Below are positions 24,928 to 33,622 of a DNA stretch of 64,000 nucleotides, one piece after another. How positions within the stretch are numbered: the stretch's first letter is position 1; every line of letters starts with the position of its first letter. This stretch comes from Chloroflexota bacterium (GTDB lineage Bacteria > Chloroflexota > Anaerolineae > Anaerolineales > UBA11858), in the NCBI GenBank assembly GCA_016865865.1, contig VGOC01000004.1, positions 17,388 through 81,387 of the forward strand, read 5' to 3'. Under the pieces are notes generated by a model, which was not told where the DNA came from, did no database searches, and worked only from the letters and a program-made list of their open reading frames with translations. The position numbers were made by a program, and so were the translations under genes.

Positions 24928-26604
24928 TTACTCCTGGACGTTCATCAAACCGTCCCACAGGTAGGAATAGTATTCCCAGGAACCTGTGTTGCCGATGTGA
25001 TAGGGGCTCGAAGCATCGATACCCGCAGTCCAGGAAACCACGACATCATTGGCGTCGAATTTGGTGCCGTCATGGAAATAGACGCCCTCTCGCAGCGTGC
25101 AGGTCCAAACCGTAGAATCTGCATTGGCTGTGCACCCGGTAGCCAGGCGGGGTTCGACATCGCCAGAGTCGAAGGCATACTCGAAGAGGCCCTCGTTGAC
25201 CTGCTGGCAGGGCGCCAGCGATTCGCCATCGGTCTCGTCGGCGCAGTACAGGCTGATCGGTTCGGCATTCTGCATGAAGACGAAGGTGTCTTTGCCGGGG
25301 TCAACCAGGTTGAACAGCGGCGCGCCGAAGGGGCGGAAGTGTGCATTTTCGATCGTCGCCAGGGCGGCAGAAGCGGAAGCGCCATGAGCAATGGGCACCA
25401 TGGGCACCAATTCCTTGATGGCGTTGTTGGCCTGTACGTAAAGCGCACCAGCCTGTTCAGCATCACCGATCTGGGAAGCCTCTTCCAATACCTCGTAGAT
25501 TTCGGGGAAGGGATCGCCGAACTGCGGATTGGTGGCGCCGAAGTGGAAGTCCAGGAAGTTGGTCACATGGGGGTAGTCGGCGCCCCAGCCCAGCAAGTAG
25601 AACCCATCCAGGCGGCCATTGGTGGACTCATCTATGAACTCGCCCGATTCCATCACCACGACCTCGGCCTCGATGCCAAGGTTGTCGCGCAGTTGGGTTT
25701 GGAATTCGACCGCGACCAGGCCCGGCTCGGGCAGATAGCCGCGGAAGACATCGCGATAGTAGATGGCAGTCTCGAAGCCGTCTGGGAAGCCAGCCTCGGC
25801 CAGCAACGCCTTGGCGCCTTCGGGATCGAATTCGTACCAGGATTCACCCTGGCATCCGTTGGGAATCGAGCAGGGGGTAAAGTGTGAAGCCACCTCAGAA
25901 CCTTCGGGGTAGAAGTTATCCACGATGCGTTGGCGGTCAATACCCATCGCAATTGCCTGACGAACTTTCAGATTGTCGAAAGGCGCGAAGGTGTTGGTCA
26001 TGGCAAGGTAGAGAATGTTGGGATTAGCGACTGGCAGGAAGGTCAGGTTGGCGTCACCTTTGACGGTGTCGAAATCATCCGGGCTGAGGTTGGTGATCTG
26101 ATCCACGGTGCCAGCCTGGAGTTCCAGCAGCCGGGCTGCGCCCTCGGTAGCCCACTTGAAGATCAGGGTCTCATAGGGGGACTTATCGCCATAGTAGCCG
26201 TCGAAGCGCTTGAAGACTACGCTGTCACCCCGGTTCCAGCTTTCCAGATAGAAGGGGCCAGTTCCAACAGGGTGTGAGAGCAAGGTTTCTTTACCTTCGG
26301 TGTTGGCGTAGCTCTCGAGCCATTCACGTGGGTAAATGCCGAAAGGCGTAAAGGCAGCTTTGGCGAGGAAAGCCGGGTCGGGCTTGCACATGCTGAATTC
26401 GACAGTGAACTCATCCAGGGCCTTGATGGATTTGATCTTACCGCCGTAATCACAGCTTGGGGCTTCGAGCGCCAACGGCTCTGAATAGGCGATTTCCTCG
26501 TATGCTCGTTCGACTACAGGCTTCACAGCCGGTTTGCAGGCTGCCAGAACCATGCTAGCCAGGACGAGCAAGGAAACAAAAATAAATAGGGGTTTGTGCT
26601 TCAT
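24928..26604 (-). CDS. ABC transporter substrate-binding lipoprotein, family 5 (OppA/DppA type)
   Basis: The ATG at 26604 is preceded by AAGGAGGA. It has a signal peptide with lipobox LAAC and is SBP_bac_5-like throughout. Confidence 0.9.
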   Translation of the reverse strand: MKHKPLFIFVSLLVLASMVLAACKPAVKPVVERAYEEIAYSEPLALEAPSCDYGGKIKSIKALDEFTVEFSMCKPDPAFLAKAAFTPFGIYPREWLESYANTEGKETLLSHPVGTGPFYLESWNRGDSVVFKRFDGYYGDKSPYETLIFKWATEGAARLLELQAGTVDQITNLSPDDFDTVKGDANLTFLPVANPNILYLAMTNTFAPFDNLKVRQAIAMGIDRQRIVDNFYPEGSEVASHFTPCSIPNGCQGESWYEFDPEGAKALLAEAGFPDGFETAIYYRDVFRGYLPEPGLVAVEFQTQLRDNLGIEAEVVVMESGEFIDESTNGRLDGFYLLGWGADYPHVTNFLDFHFGATNPQFGDPFPEIYEVLEEASQIGDAEQAGALYVQANNAIKELVPMVPIAHGASASAALATIENAHFRPFGAPLFNLVDPGKDTFVFMQNAEPISLYCADETDGESLAPCQQVNEGLFEYAFDSGDVEPRLATGCTANADSTVWTCTLREGVYFHDGTKFDANDVVVSWTAGIDASSPYHIGNTGSWEYYSYLWDGLMNVQE

Positions 26605-26796
26605 GAAATCTTCCTCCTTGAAAAATTGAGCCATTTTTGAAAAAATTGGGAATAGGGAAAATGAATATAGAATGCTGTCTTCTCCTTTCGCTATTTTGTT
26701 TTATGAGAGGAATGGTCATCTTGAATTATACGCTACTATCAGACAGTGTCAAATGAATCAGCGGGATATTTTAGTAAAATCAGGACATCCCTGGTA

Positions 26797-26805
26797 TGCT
26801 ATAAT
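26797..26805 (+). promoter_or_regulatory. Extended -10 promoter element (TGCTATAAT) upstream of queG
   Basis: TGCTATAAT lies about 113 nt upstream of the queG ATG. No good -35 element is present. Confidence 0.4.
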
Positions 26806-26918
26806 CCCAGCCATGCCTGATTGGATATGGGGTGATGGACTCATGATCCCATCGAGATAGGACGCTGATCCATGCTGATGACGCTGATTCTGATCCTGGA
26901 ATAAGGGATGACGGACTC

Positions 26919-28082
26919 ATGATCTCATCGAGTGAACTCACTCAAGCGATCAAACAAGAGGCCTACCGGCTGGGATTCCATCTGGCGGGGGTGACCACCC
27001 CTGAGCCTCCTCCTCACCTGGACATCTACGAAGAATGGTTATCTGCAGGCCATTATGGGGAAATGGCCTGGTTAGCCAGCGACCGCGCTCGCCAACGACG
27101 CGCTGACCCGCGCCTGATCCTGCCGGAGTGCCAGGCGATAATAGTATTGGGAGTGCTCTACCCGCCCTCACCCTCCCCTGCTGCGCTCCCCCTCTCTCTC
27201 CCAATCTTGGGAGAGAGAGGGGGTTGGGGGGAGGGTGAGGGCGAGGGCAGTGTCGCCTCCTACGCCTGGGGGCAGGATTATCACGACGCGCTGCCACCAT
27301 TCCTGAGGGCGTTAGTCGAATACATAGAGCAGAAAATCGGGCATGCCATCCCCAATCGCTGGTACACCGACAGCGGCCCCGTCCTGGAGCGGGAGCTGGC
27401 TCAGCGAGCCGGTCTGGGTTGGATTGGCAAGAATACCAACCTGATCAATCCCAAAAAGGGTTCGTTTTTCCTGATAGCGGAAATTCTCATGGGAATCGAA
27501 CTCGTCCCCGATGCGCCTTTTACGCACGATCGTTGTGGATCGTGTACTCGCTGTATCGAGGCCTGCCCTACGGGATGTATTCTCCCCAACCGAACTATTG
27601 CAGCCCATCGCTGTATCTCGTATTTGACGATCGAACTCAAAGGATCAATTCCACCAGAACTTCGCCCCCGAATGGGAAACTGGATTTTCGGATGTGATAT
27701 CTGCCAGCAGGTTTGTCCCTGGAACAAGAGATTTGCTTTACCCCCCCCAGCCCCCCCGTTCACGGGGTGGAGCAGTTATCCATCTCCTGGCACGCTCTCA
27801 TCTTCTCCGTTCACGAGGGGGAGCGAGGGGGGGAGGGGGGCGGCGCGGCCATCCCTGGCGGAGGAACTATCCCTCAGCCCTGAGGCCTTCAACTGCAAGT
27901 TCGAGGGCAGCCCGATAAAACGCGCCAAACGCCGCGGCTATCTTCGCAATGTGGCAGTGGCATTGGGGAATTCACGGAACGCCGATGCAATCCCAGCCTT
28001 GACCAAAGCCCTCTCCGACGACGAACCCCTCGTGCGCGAGCACGCTGCCTGGGCTTTAGAACAAATCGTCCATTCGCAATGA
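26919..28082 (+). CDS. queG: tRNA epoxyqueuosine(34) reductase QueG with two low-complexity insertions
   Basis: Two 4Fe-4S motifs (CGSCTRCIEACP, CDICQQVCPWN), CISYLTIE, and a C-terminal HEAT-like region. The insertions are PSPSPAALPLSLPILGERGGWGEGEGEG and PPPAPPFTGWSS...SEGGRGAARPS. Confidence 0.9.
   Translation: MISSSELTQAIKQEAYRLGFHLAGVTTPEPPPHLDIYEEWLSAGHYGEMAWLASDRARQRRADPRLILPECQAIIVLGVLYPPSPSPAALPLSLPILGERGGWGEGEGEGSVASYAWGQDYHDALPPFLRALVEYIEQKIGHAIPNRWYTDSGPVLERELAQRAGLGWIGKNTNLINPKKGSFFLIAEILMGIELVPDAPFTHDRCGSCTRCIEACPTGCILPNRTIAAHRCISYLTIELKGSIPPELRPRMGNWIFGCDICQQVCPWNKRFALPPPAPPFTGWSSYPSPGTLSSSPFTRGSEGGRGAARPSLAEELSLSPEAFNCKFEGSPIKRAKRRGYLRNVAVALGNSRNADAIPALTKALSDDEPLVREHAAWALEQIVHSQ
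27165..27241. repeat. Imperfect palindrome of about 77 nt embedded in-frame in queG
   Basis: CCCTCACCCTCCCC...CCCCCTCTCTCTCCCAATCTTGGGAGAGAGAGGGGG..GGGGGGAGGGTGAGGG. Confidence 0.7.
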
Positions 28083-28141
28083 AATTCCTGCGCATAAGAC
28101 AAGAAAAAGCTTCCACGAAGTTCACAAAGAACACAAAGAAT

Positions 28142-28222
28142 CAGCACTTCACGAAAATAGGATCAAAGACCCGTCCTCGGGTCGCCCGGGGACGGGCTTC
28201 CGATCTTTTTCGTGATCTACTG
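28142..28222. mobile_element. MITE-like element, family B, copy 2 (81 bp)
   Basis: Terminal inverted repeats CAGCACTTCACGAAAATAGGATC / CGATCTTTTTCGTGATCTACTG. The core hairpin is GACCCGTCC-TCGGGTCGCCCG-GGGACGGGC. It is flanked by the 5 bp direct repeat AGAAT (28137-28141 and 28223-28227). Confidence 0.7.
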
Positions 28223-28307
28223 AGAATAGAAATAGAGTACTAAAAAAATCGTGACCTTCATGGATTTCCTGAATCTTTTTGATTCCGGCTCGTCCGGGGT
28301 ATGTGTT

Positions 28308-29141
28308 CTACACTGCTTTTCGCAGAAATTGACCCCCCCACACCAGTCCGAAAATCGCCGTGCAGGTCAAAACAATCGCCGCGCCAGAAGCGATGCTCAG
28401 ATAGTAAGATAGATACAATCCGATCACCCCTGAAATCGAGGCCATCGCCGCGGAAAGGGCCATCATCACCGGCAGTCGTTTTGTGAGCAGGTAAGCCGTA
28501 GCTGCGGGAGTGACCAACATGGCGACCATCAGGGCTACCCCCACAGTTTGTAGAGAAACCACGATGGTCACAGCGATCAGGATCAAGAGCAGAAACTCCA
28601 GCAAGCGAGCCGGGAGTCGCAATGTAGCTGCCAGAACAGGGTCGAACGAGAGCACCATGAACTCTTTGTAGAAGGCCAAAATCGCCAACAAGACCAATCC
28701 CCCAAAAACAGCAATCAACCATAGATCGCTTGCGCGCACCCCCAGCACGTCTCCGAAGAGAAAGTGCGCCAGGTCAACGGTGTAGCTGCGCACCGTAGAG
28801 ATCAGCGCTACACCCAGTGCAAAAGATCCGGCGAAGATGATGCCAATGGCAGTATCTTCTTTTATCTTGGTGCTGCGGCTGATGGCGCCAATCCCCAGGG
28901 AGCTGAGTATCGCGGCGACCAGCGCCCACCAGAAGAGCGGTTCCCGCGACCCCCCGCCGATCAGATAACCGACCGCGATCCCAGGCAGGATGGCATGAGC
29001 CAGGGCGTCGCCAAAGAAGGCCATGCCGCGCAGCACGACGTATGTGCCGACGATTGCACAGACAATGCCAACCATCACAGATGCGGCCAGCCCGCGAGCC
29101 ATAAAAGCGTATTGGAGGGGTTCGAGTAGAAAGTTGATCAT
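28308..29141 (-). CDS. Metal (Zn/Mn-type) ABC transporter permease, ABC-3 family
   Basis: 277 aa, polytopic, ZnuB/MntB-like (FGDALAHAILPGIA...). Confidence 0.85.
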   Translation of the reverse strand: MINFLLEPLQYAFMARGLAASVMVGIVCAIVGTYVVLRGMAFFGDALAHAILPGIAVGYLIGGGSREPLFWWALVAAILSSLGIGAISRSTKIKEDTAIGIIFAGSFALGVALISTVRSYTVDLAHFLFGDVLGVRASDLWLIAVFGGLVLLAILAFYKEFMVLSFDPVLAATLRLPARLLEFLLLILIAVTIVVSLQTVGVALMVAMLVTPAATAYLLTKRLPVMMALSAAMASISGVIGLYLSYYLSIASGAAIVLTCTAIFGLVWGGQFLRKAV

Positions 29142-29204
29142 ATTCTCTGTTAGCGAGTTAGAGTTTGGGAGTTAGGGGTTGGGAAGTTCGACAACCTCTG
29201 AACT

Positions 29205-30050
29205 TCATGACTCGTTATCCCCACAGCATGTATCTCCTAAAGCCAGCATACCCTCCTCTGTGGGCACCCAATGCAGGCGTCCCCCATAGGCGGACAATAA
29301 ATTCTCGGGGGTCAGCACCCACCCCGGGGTTCCAATCCCGAGCATCCGCTGATTGAGAAGCATTACCTGATCGAAGCGCTGAGTAGCCATCTTCAAGTCA
29401 TGCAACGACACCAGCACCGTTACCCCACGCGCTTTGAGATCATCTAAAATGCGAAAAACTTCTTCCTGGGAATTGATATCCAGCCCGGTGAAAGGCTCGT
29501 CCATCAGCATCAGTTCAGCTTCTTGAGCCAGGGCGCGGGCGATGAACATGCGCTGCTGTTGACCACCTGAGAGCTGATTGATCTGCCGTCTGGCAAGATC
29601 GCTCATCCCAACGATTTTCAAGGCCTGCTCGACGAGATTCCAATCGCTGGTTCTGGGGTTTCGGAAGAGGCCCAATTGCCCCACTCGCCCCATCATCACC
29701 ACATCCGCAACGGTGACCGGGAAATTCCAATCAACCTGGCTGCGCTGCGGCACATAGGCAATGCAAATATGCCCTCCCGGTTCGTTCCCGTAGATGTGCA
29801 CCCGTCCCTCGGTAGGCTGCAATACCCCGGCGATGATCTTGAGCAAAGTGCTCTTGCCAGCGCCATTTGGGCCGACGATAGCCAGACGTTCTCCTGTCAT
29901 CAACACGAATGAGGCCCCTTCGAGCGCGACGCCACTTTCGTAACGAAGGCCCAGACCCTCAGCGCGTAAAATCGGCGCGCCGTCCTGATGGGGTAGGCGA
30001 TGTTTGCGGAGATGTTGGGTGGTTTTGTGGAGTTCTTCGAAAAGGGACAT
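29205..30050 (-). CDS. Metal (Zn/Mn-type) ABC transporter ATP-binding protein
   Basis: Walker A GPNGAGKST, signature LSGGQQQR, Walker B LMLMDEP. Confidence 0.85.
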   Translation of the reverse strand: MSLFEELHKTTQHLRKHRLPHQDGAPILRAEGLGLRYESGVALEGASFVLMTGERLAIVGPNGAGKSTLLKIIAGVLQPTEGRVHIYGNEPGGHICIAYVPQRSQVDWNFPVTVADVVMMGRVGQLGLFRNPRTSDWNLVEQALKIVGMSDLARRQINQLSGGQQQRMFIARALAQEAELMLMDEPFTGLDINSQEEVFRILDDLKARGVTVLVSLHDLKMATQRFDQVMLLNQRMLGIGTPGWVLTPENLLSAYGGRLHWVPTEEGMLALGDTCCGDNES

Positions 30051-30079
30051 TAGGGGGTAGGGGGGTAGGAGTTAGGAGG

Positions 30080-31030
30080 TTAGGGAGTAGGTGTGAGGGC
30101 ATTTATGAAGGTGGTTGTATTGTAACGCATATACGCTAAATAGGTGTCGGCATCTCCACCTGTCTCGCTGAGGGAGCCGGTGTAAACATAGATGAGTAGC
30201 ACACCTGTATCTTCGGCGAGGCGTTCGGCTAAGGTAGGGTTGACCGTATTGCCGACGAAAACAGCGCTGATCTCCAAAGCGGCGATCGAATCTTCGAGTT
30301 CAGCCAGTTCTTGCGCCGTGGGTTCGGCCAATGTGCTGTAACCAGCGATCAACGCGCCAACCTGGTCGAAGCCATACTCGTCAGCGAAGTAACCGAAGAG
30401 GGAGTGATCGGTGACGAGTTTGCGTTTCTCTTCTGGAATCTGGGATGCCTGTTCACGGATCCAGGCATCCAATTCCTCAAGCTCAGCCAGATATTTTCCG
30501 GCGTTTGCTTCGTAAACATCTCCATTTTCGGGGTTTTCTTCATGGAGCGCCCTCTCGATATTGTGAACCCAAATCATCACGTTATTTGGATCCGTCCAGG
30601 TGTGCGGGTCGGCGTGGCTGCGGCCTTCTTCTTCGGATATCAGGAAGTCGATCCCTTCGGAAACCTGCACGACCTTATCTTCCGCGCCGGCGCTTTCGAT
30701 CAGGTGATCGAGGAATTCCTCCAACCCGGCGCCGTTGGCAAAGATCAAATCAGCCTCAGCTACTCGGGCAATATCTTGAGGGGTGGGATCGAAACTATGC
30801 GGATCACTTCCCACTGGGAGTAAAATACTCAATCCGATAAGGTCGCCTCCCACCTGGGAGACCACGTCCCCTACGATGGTGGTGGTGGCGACAACCTCGA
30901 GCTTGCCAACACCCGAGGGCTGATCCGTCAGTGGGCTGCAGGCGGTCACGAACGCCATTCCGGTGAACAACACCGGAAACAGCATCAACGCGCCCGTTTG
31001 TGATAGCGACTTGAAAACGTTTTTCATCAT
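30080..31030 (-). CDS. Metal-binding lipoprotein, cluster A-I (ZnuA/TroA family)
   Basis: Lipobox FVTAC, plus DPHTWTDP and a TroA-like two-lobe layout. Confidence 0.85.
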   Translation of the reverse strand: MMKNVFKSLSQTGALMLFPVLFTGMAFVTACSPLTDQPSGVGKLEVVATTTIVGDVVSQVGGDLIGLSILLPVGSDPHSFDPTPQDIARVAEADLIFANGAGLEEFLDHLIESAGAEDKVVQVSEGIDFLISEEEGRSHADPHTWTDPNNVMIWVHNIERALHEENPENGDVYEANAGKYLAELEELDAWIREQASQIPEEKRKLVTDHSLFGYFADEYGFDQVGALIAGYSTLAEPTAQELAELEDSIAALEISAVFVGNTVNPTLAERLAEDTGVLLIYVYTGSLSETGGDADTYLAYMRYNTTTFINALTPTP

Positions 31031-31080
31031 TGTAGACCTTGTTCACTCTTTTTCGTTGGGCGCCTGGTGAATGAGATCAT

Positions 31081-31839
31081 TTACGGCTTTTCCAACCCAT
31101 GCGCTTCTAACAAAACCCCATCTTCCAGGAGCTTTGCCGTTGGGCCATCTGCTACAACGAATCCCTCATCCATGATGACCATGCGCGGGAACAATTCTTC
31201 GACCATTGCCAAATCGTGAGTGGATATCAGCATGGTGATAGGCAGCTCGCGCAAGAGATTGATCAGCGAACGGCGGGCGCGCGGGTCGAGGCCTGAGGAG
31301 GGTTCATCCAACACTAATATCTGGGGGCGCATTGCCAGCACAGTTGCAATGGCAATGCGTTTCTTTTGACCTGCGCTCAGGTGGTGAGAGAGTCGCTTGC
31401 CAAAATCGTCCATCTGCACAGCAGCAAGCGCTTCATCCACACGGGTGTAAACTTCGGCCTCTGGCAAGCCCATGTGCAAGGGGCCGAAAGCCACATCGTC
31501 GAACACCGTTGGGGAAAACAACTGATCGTCTGGATTATGGAAGACCAACCCCACCATCGCCCGGATGATAGGCAGATTCTCTCTGGTTATGGACATCCCG
31601 GCGATCGAGATGGAACCATGCCCGCGCAAAATCCCATTGAGGTGCAACATCAGCGTGGATTTACCCGCCCCATTGGGTCCTACCACGGCTACTTTTTCAC
31701 CCTCACACACATTCAGGCTCACACCTCGCAGCGCAACGCGCCCATCAGGATACGCAAAGCGCAGATCACGAATTCGAAGGATATCACCTTTGCATTCGGG
31801 TATCGTGATTTCATAATCAGGTGGATGTTTCACTGGCAT
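31081..31839 (-). CDS. cbiO: ECF-type cobalt/nickel transporter ATPase (CbiO/NikO)
   Basis: Walker A GPNGAGKST, signature LSAGQKKR, Walker B LVLDEPSSGLD. The ATG at 31839 shares one nucleotide with the cbiQ stop (TGATG). Confidence 0.85.
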   Translation of the reverse strand: MPVKHPPDYEITIPECKGDILRIRDLRFAYPDGRVALRGVSLNVCEGEKVAVVGPNGAGKSTLMLHLNGILRGHGSISIAGMSITRENLPIIRAMVGLVFHNPDDQLFSPTVFDDVAFGPLHMGLPEAEVYTRVDEALAAVQMDDFGKRLSHHLSAGQKKRIAIATVLAMRPQILVLDEPSSGLDPRARRSLINLLRELPITMLISTHDLAMVEELFPRMVIMDEGFVVADGPTAKLLEDGVLLEAHGLEKP

Positions 31840-32633
31840 CAGCGCACCCATCCCAACAATTGGATAAAGGACAAAACGGCCAGCGAGAGAATCAAAGCTA
31901 GCCAATCTAGCCTGGTCATGGCATGGGGGTTGAGCGTGCGCAAGTGACCTGTGTAACCGCGCCCCAGCATGGCGTAGTAGATGCGGTCGGAGCGCTCGTA
32001 GCTGCGCAGGAATAACTGTCCAACCATACTGCCGGTCACTTTCGCGCGCCAGGTCAATCTGCCGCCGCGCTTTCTGCCTTGCAGACTGGCGCTGCGGGCT
32101 TCGCGGGCGCGCAGCAGACGCAAAGCTTCGTCAGTCAGTACGAAGAGGTAACGATACAGGAAGGCAATGATGGTGGTCAGAATACGCGGCAGACGCAGGT
32201 GTTCGAACGCATGGATCAGGTCGGGAAATTGTGTGGTGGCTACCAGTAGAATCGCCATCTGCACCGATAGCCAGGAGCGGACGAGAATGCTGAAAAAGCG
32301 CGCCACGCCGAAATTGGTGGGGATGAGCGTAATAAACCCCAGATGCCATTGAGCCAGTGGTTTTCCCAACGGCGAGAATATGACGCTTATGGCAACCAGC
32401 ACGAACGGCAGAACAATGTACGAGCGTTTGAAAGTGTAGCCCAATCCCAGGCGCGAGAGATCATTTCCCAACAGCAACACCAACCAGGCGACCGCAAACG
32501 CCAGCCAATTGCCATCCGGCAAGATCGCGTTGGACAAGATGAATGCGACGGTCACCGCTGCCTTGACGCGCGCGTCCAGGCGGTGGATCAGGCTATCCTG
32601 AAAATGGTAGTGGTCGAAAACGTTGATGTGCAT
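31839..32633 (-). CDS. cbiQ: ECF transporter T component (CbiQ/NikQ)
   Basis: 264 aa, polytopic, with ARG-type motifs (ALRLLRAREARS). Confidence 0.8.
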   Translation of the reverse strand: MHINVFDHYHFQDSLIHRLDARVKAAVTVAFILSNAILPDGNWLAFAVAWLVLLLGNDLSRLGLGYTFKRSYIVLPFVLVAISVIFSPLGKPLAQWHLGFITLIPTNFGVARFFSILVRSWLSVQMAILLVATTQFPDLIHAFEHLRLPRILTTIIAFLYRYLFVLTDEALRLLRAREARSASLQGRKRGGRLTWRAKVTGSMVGQLFLRSYERSDRIYYAMLGRGYTGHLRTLNPHAMTRLDWLALILSLAVLSFIQLLGWVR

Positions 32634-32677
32634 GGGAGGATGTCAAGTGCCAGGTGTCAGGTTCCAGGGATTGGGGA

Positions 32678-33622
32678 TCAGGTATGGGGGGGCGATTTGC
32701 GCAGGCTCCGGCCAAGTAAGATCAATAGTCCCAGCAATACCAGTGCGCCAACCATTCCGGCGATGATGGTGGAGAGATGAGTTTCACCCAGGAAGGGGAT
32801 GGTATAGTCGGGCAAGATTTCGCAGGGGGCGCTCTGGCCGATTTCTAAGAAGCCCAGGTTTTCGGCGACACGCTCCAGGCCATCGGGCGAGCCAGAAGCC
32901 AGCGGCGAAAGCAGCACCGCCAGCAACGATACGATGATCCCTGCAATAATCCAGCCGCGCCCTCCGCCGGACGCGGCTTTCTCGCTAGTCAAAAGATCAG
33001 GCCGGGTCCGTTCGATGAAAGCCAGCGCGGCCACAGTGATCAGCGCTTCGCCGAGGCCGATCGGCGTATGGACGCCGAGCATCGCCGGAAGGACGATCTC
33101 CAGCCGGGATGCGCCGCTCAACCAGAGCTGTAATGACGTCAACAAAGCGGCTGCCATGGTCGCCAGCCAGGAAGCCAGGCCAGCCGCGACCAGGCGCGCA
33201 CCTATCTTGCGATGGATCACCATCCGGTAGAGGCCAAAACCGATCACCACAGTGAGAATGCCCATGTTGAAAATATTGGCGCCCATCACCAGCAGGCCGC
33301 CATCCTGGAAGAGCAAGGCTTGAACGGCGATAACGGCTGTCATGACCAGGATTCCAGCCCAAGGCCCCAACACAATCGCCGCCAGGGCGCCGCCCAGGAA
33401 GTGACCCGATGTTCCCCCCGCCACCGGGAAGTTGAGCATTTGGGCGGCAAAGATGAAAGCCGCCATGAGGCCCATCAAGGGAATTTGCCTTTCCCCCAGG
33501 GTTTTATTCGTTTTCGATATTGCCAGGCCAACCATGATCATCGTCGCCCCCCAAAAGACCAGCGAAATAAATGGGGTCAAAAAACCATCTGGAATATGCA
33601 GAGGAGCAGGGGAAAGCAGCAT
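32678..33622 (-). CDS. Cobalt/nickel ECF S component CbiM/NikM fused to a PDGLE (CbiN/NikN-like) C-terminal domain
   Basis: The conserved HIPDGF motif lies near the N-terminus, with FPVAGGTSGH downstream. The C-terminal region contains GSPDGLERVAE plus one TM helix. A strong AAGGAGGA Shine-Dalgarno sequence precedes the ATG. Confidence 0.85.
   Translation of the reverse strand: MLLSPAPLHIPDGFLTPFISLVFWGATMIMVGLAISKTNKTLGERQIPLMGLMAAFIFAAQMLNFPVAGGTSGHFLGGALAAIVLGPWAGILVMTAVIAVQALLFQDGGLLVMGANIFNMGILTVVIGFGLYRMVIHRKIGARLVAAGLASWLATMAAALLTSLQLWLSGASRLEIVLPAMLGVHTPIGLGEALITVAALAFIERTRPDLLTSEKAASGGGRGWIIAGIIVSLLAVLLSPLASGSPDGLERVAENLGFLEIGQSAPCEILPDYTIPFLGETHLSTIIAGMVGALVLLGLLILLGRSLRKSPPHT

Noticed and set aside
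24853-25887. 344 aa plus-strand ORF
   Set aside because: It is antisense to the family-5 substrate-binding protein gene and has no domain signature.
28258-28722. 154 aa minus-strand ORF
   Set aside because: It is out of frame and overlaps the ABC-3 permease gene, which has a clear polytopic membrane-protein sequence.
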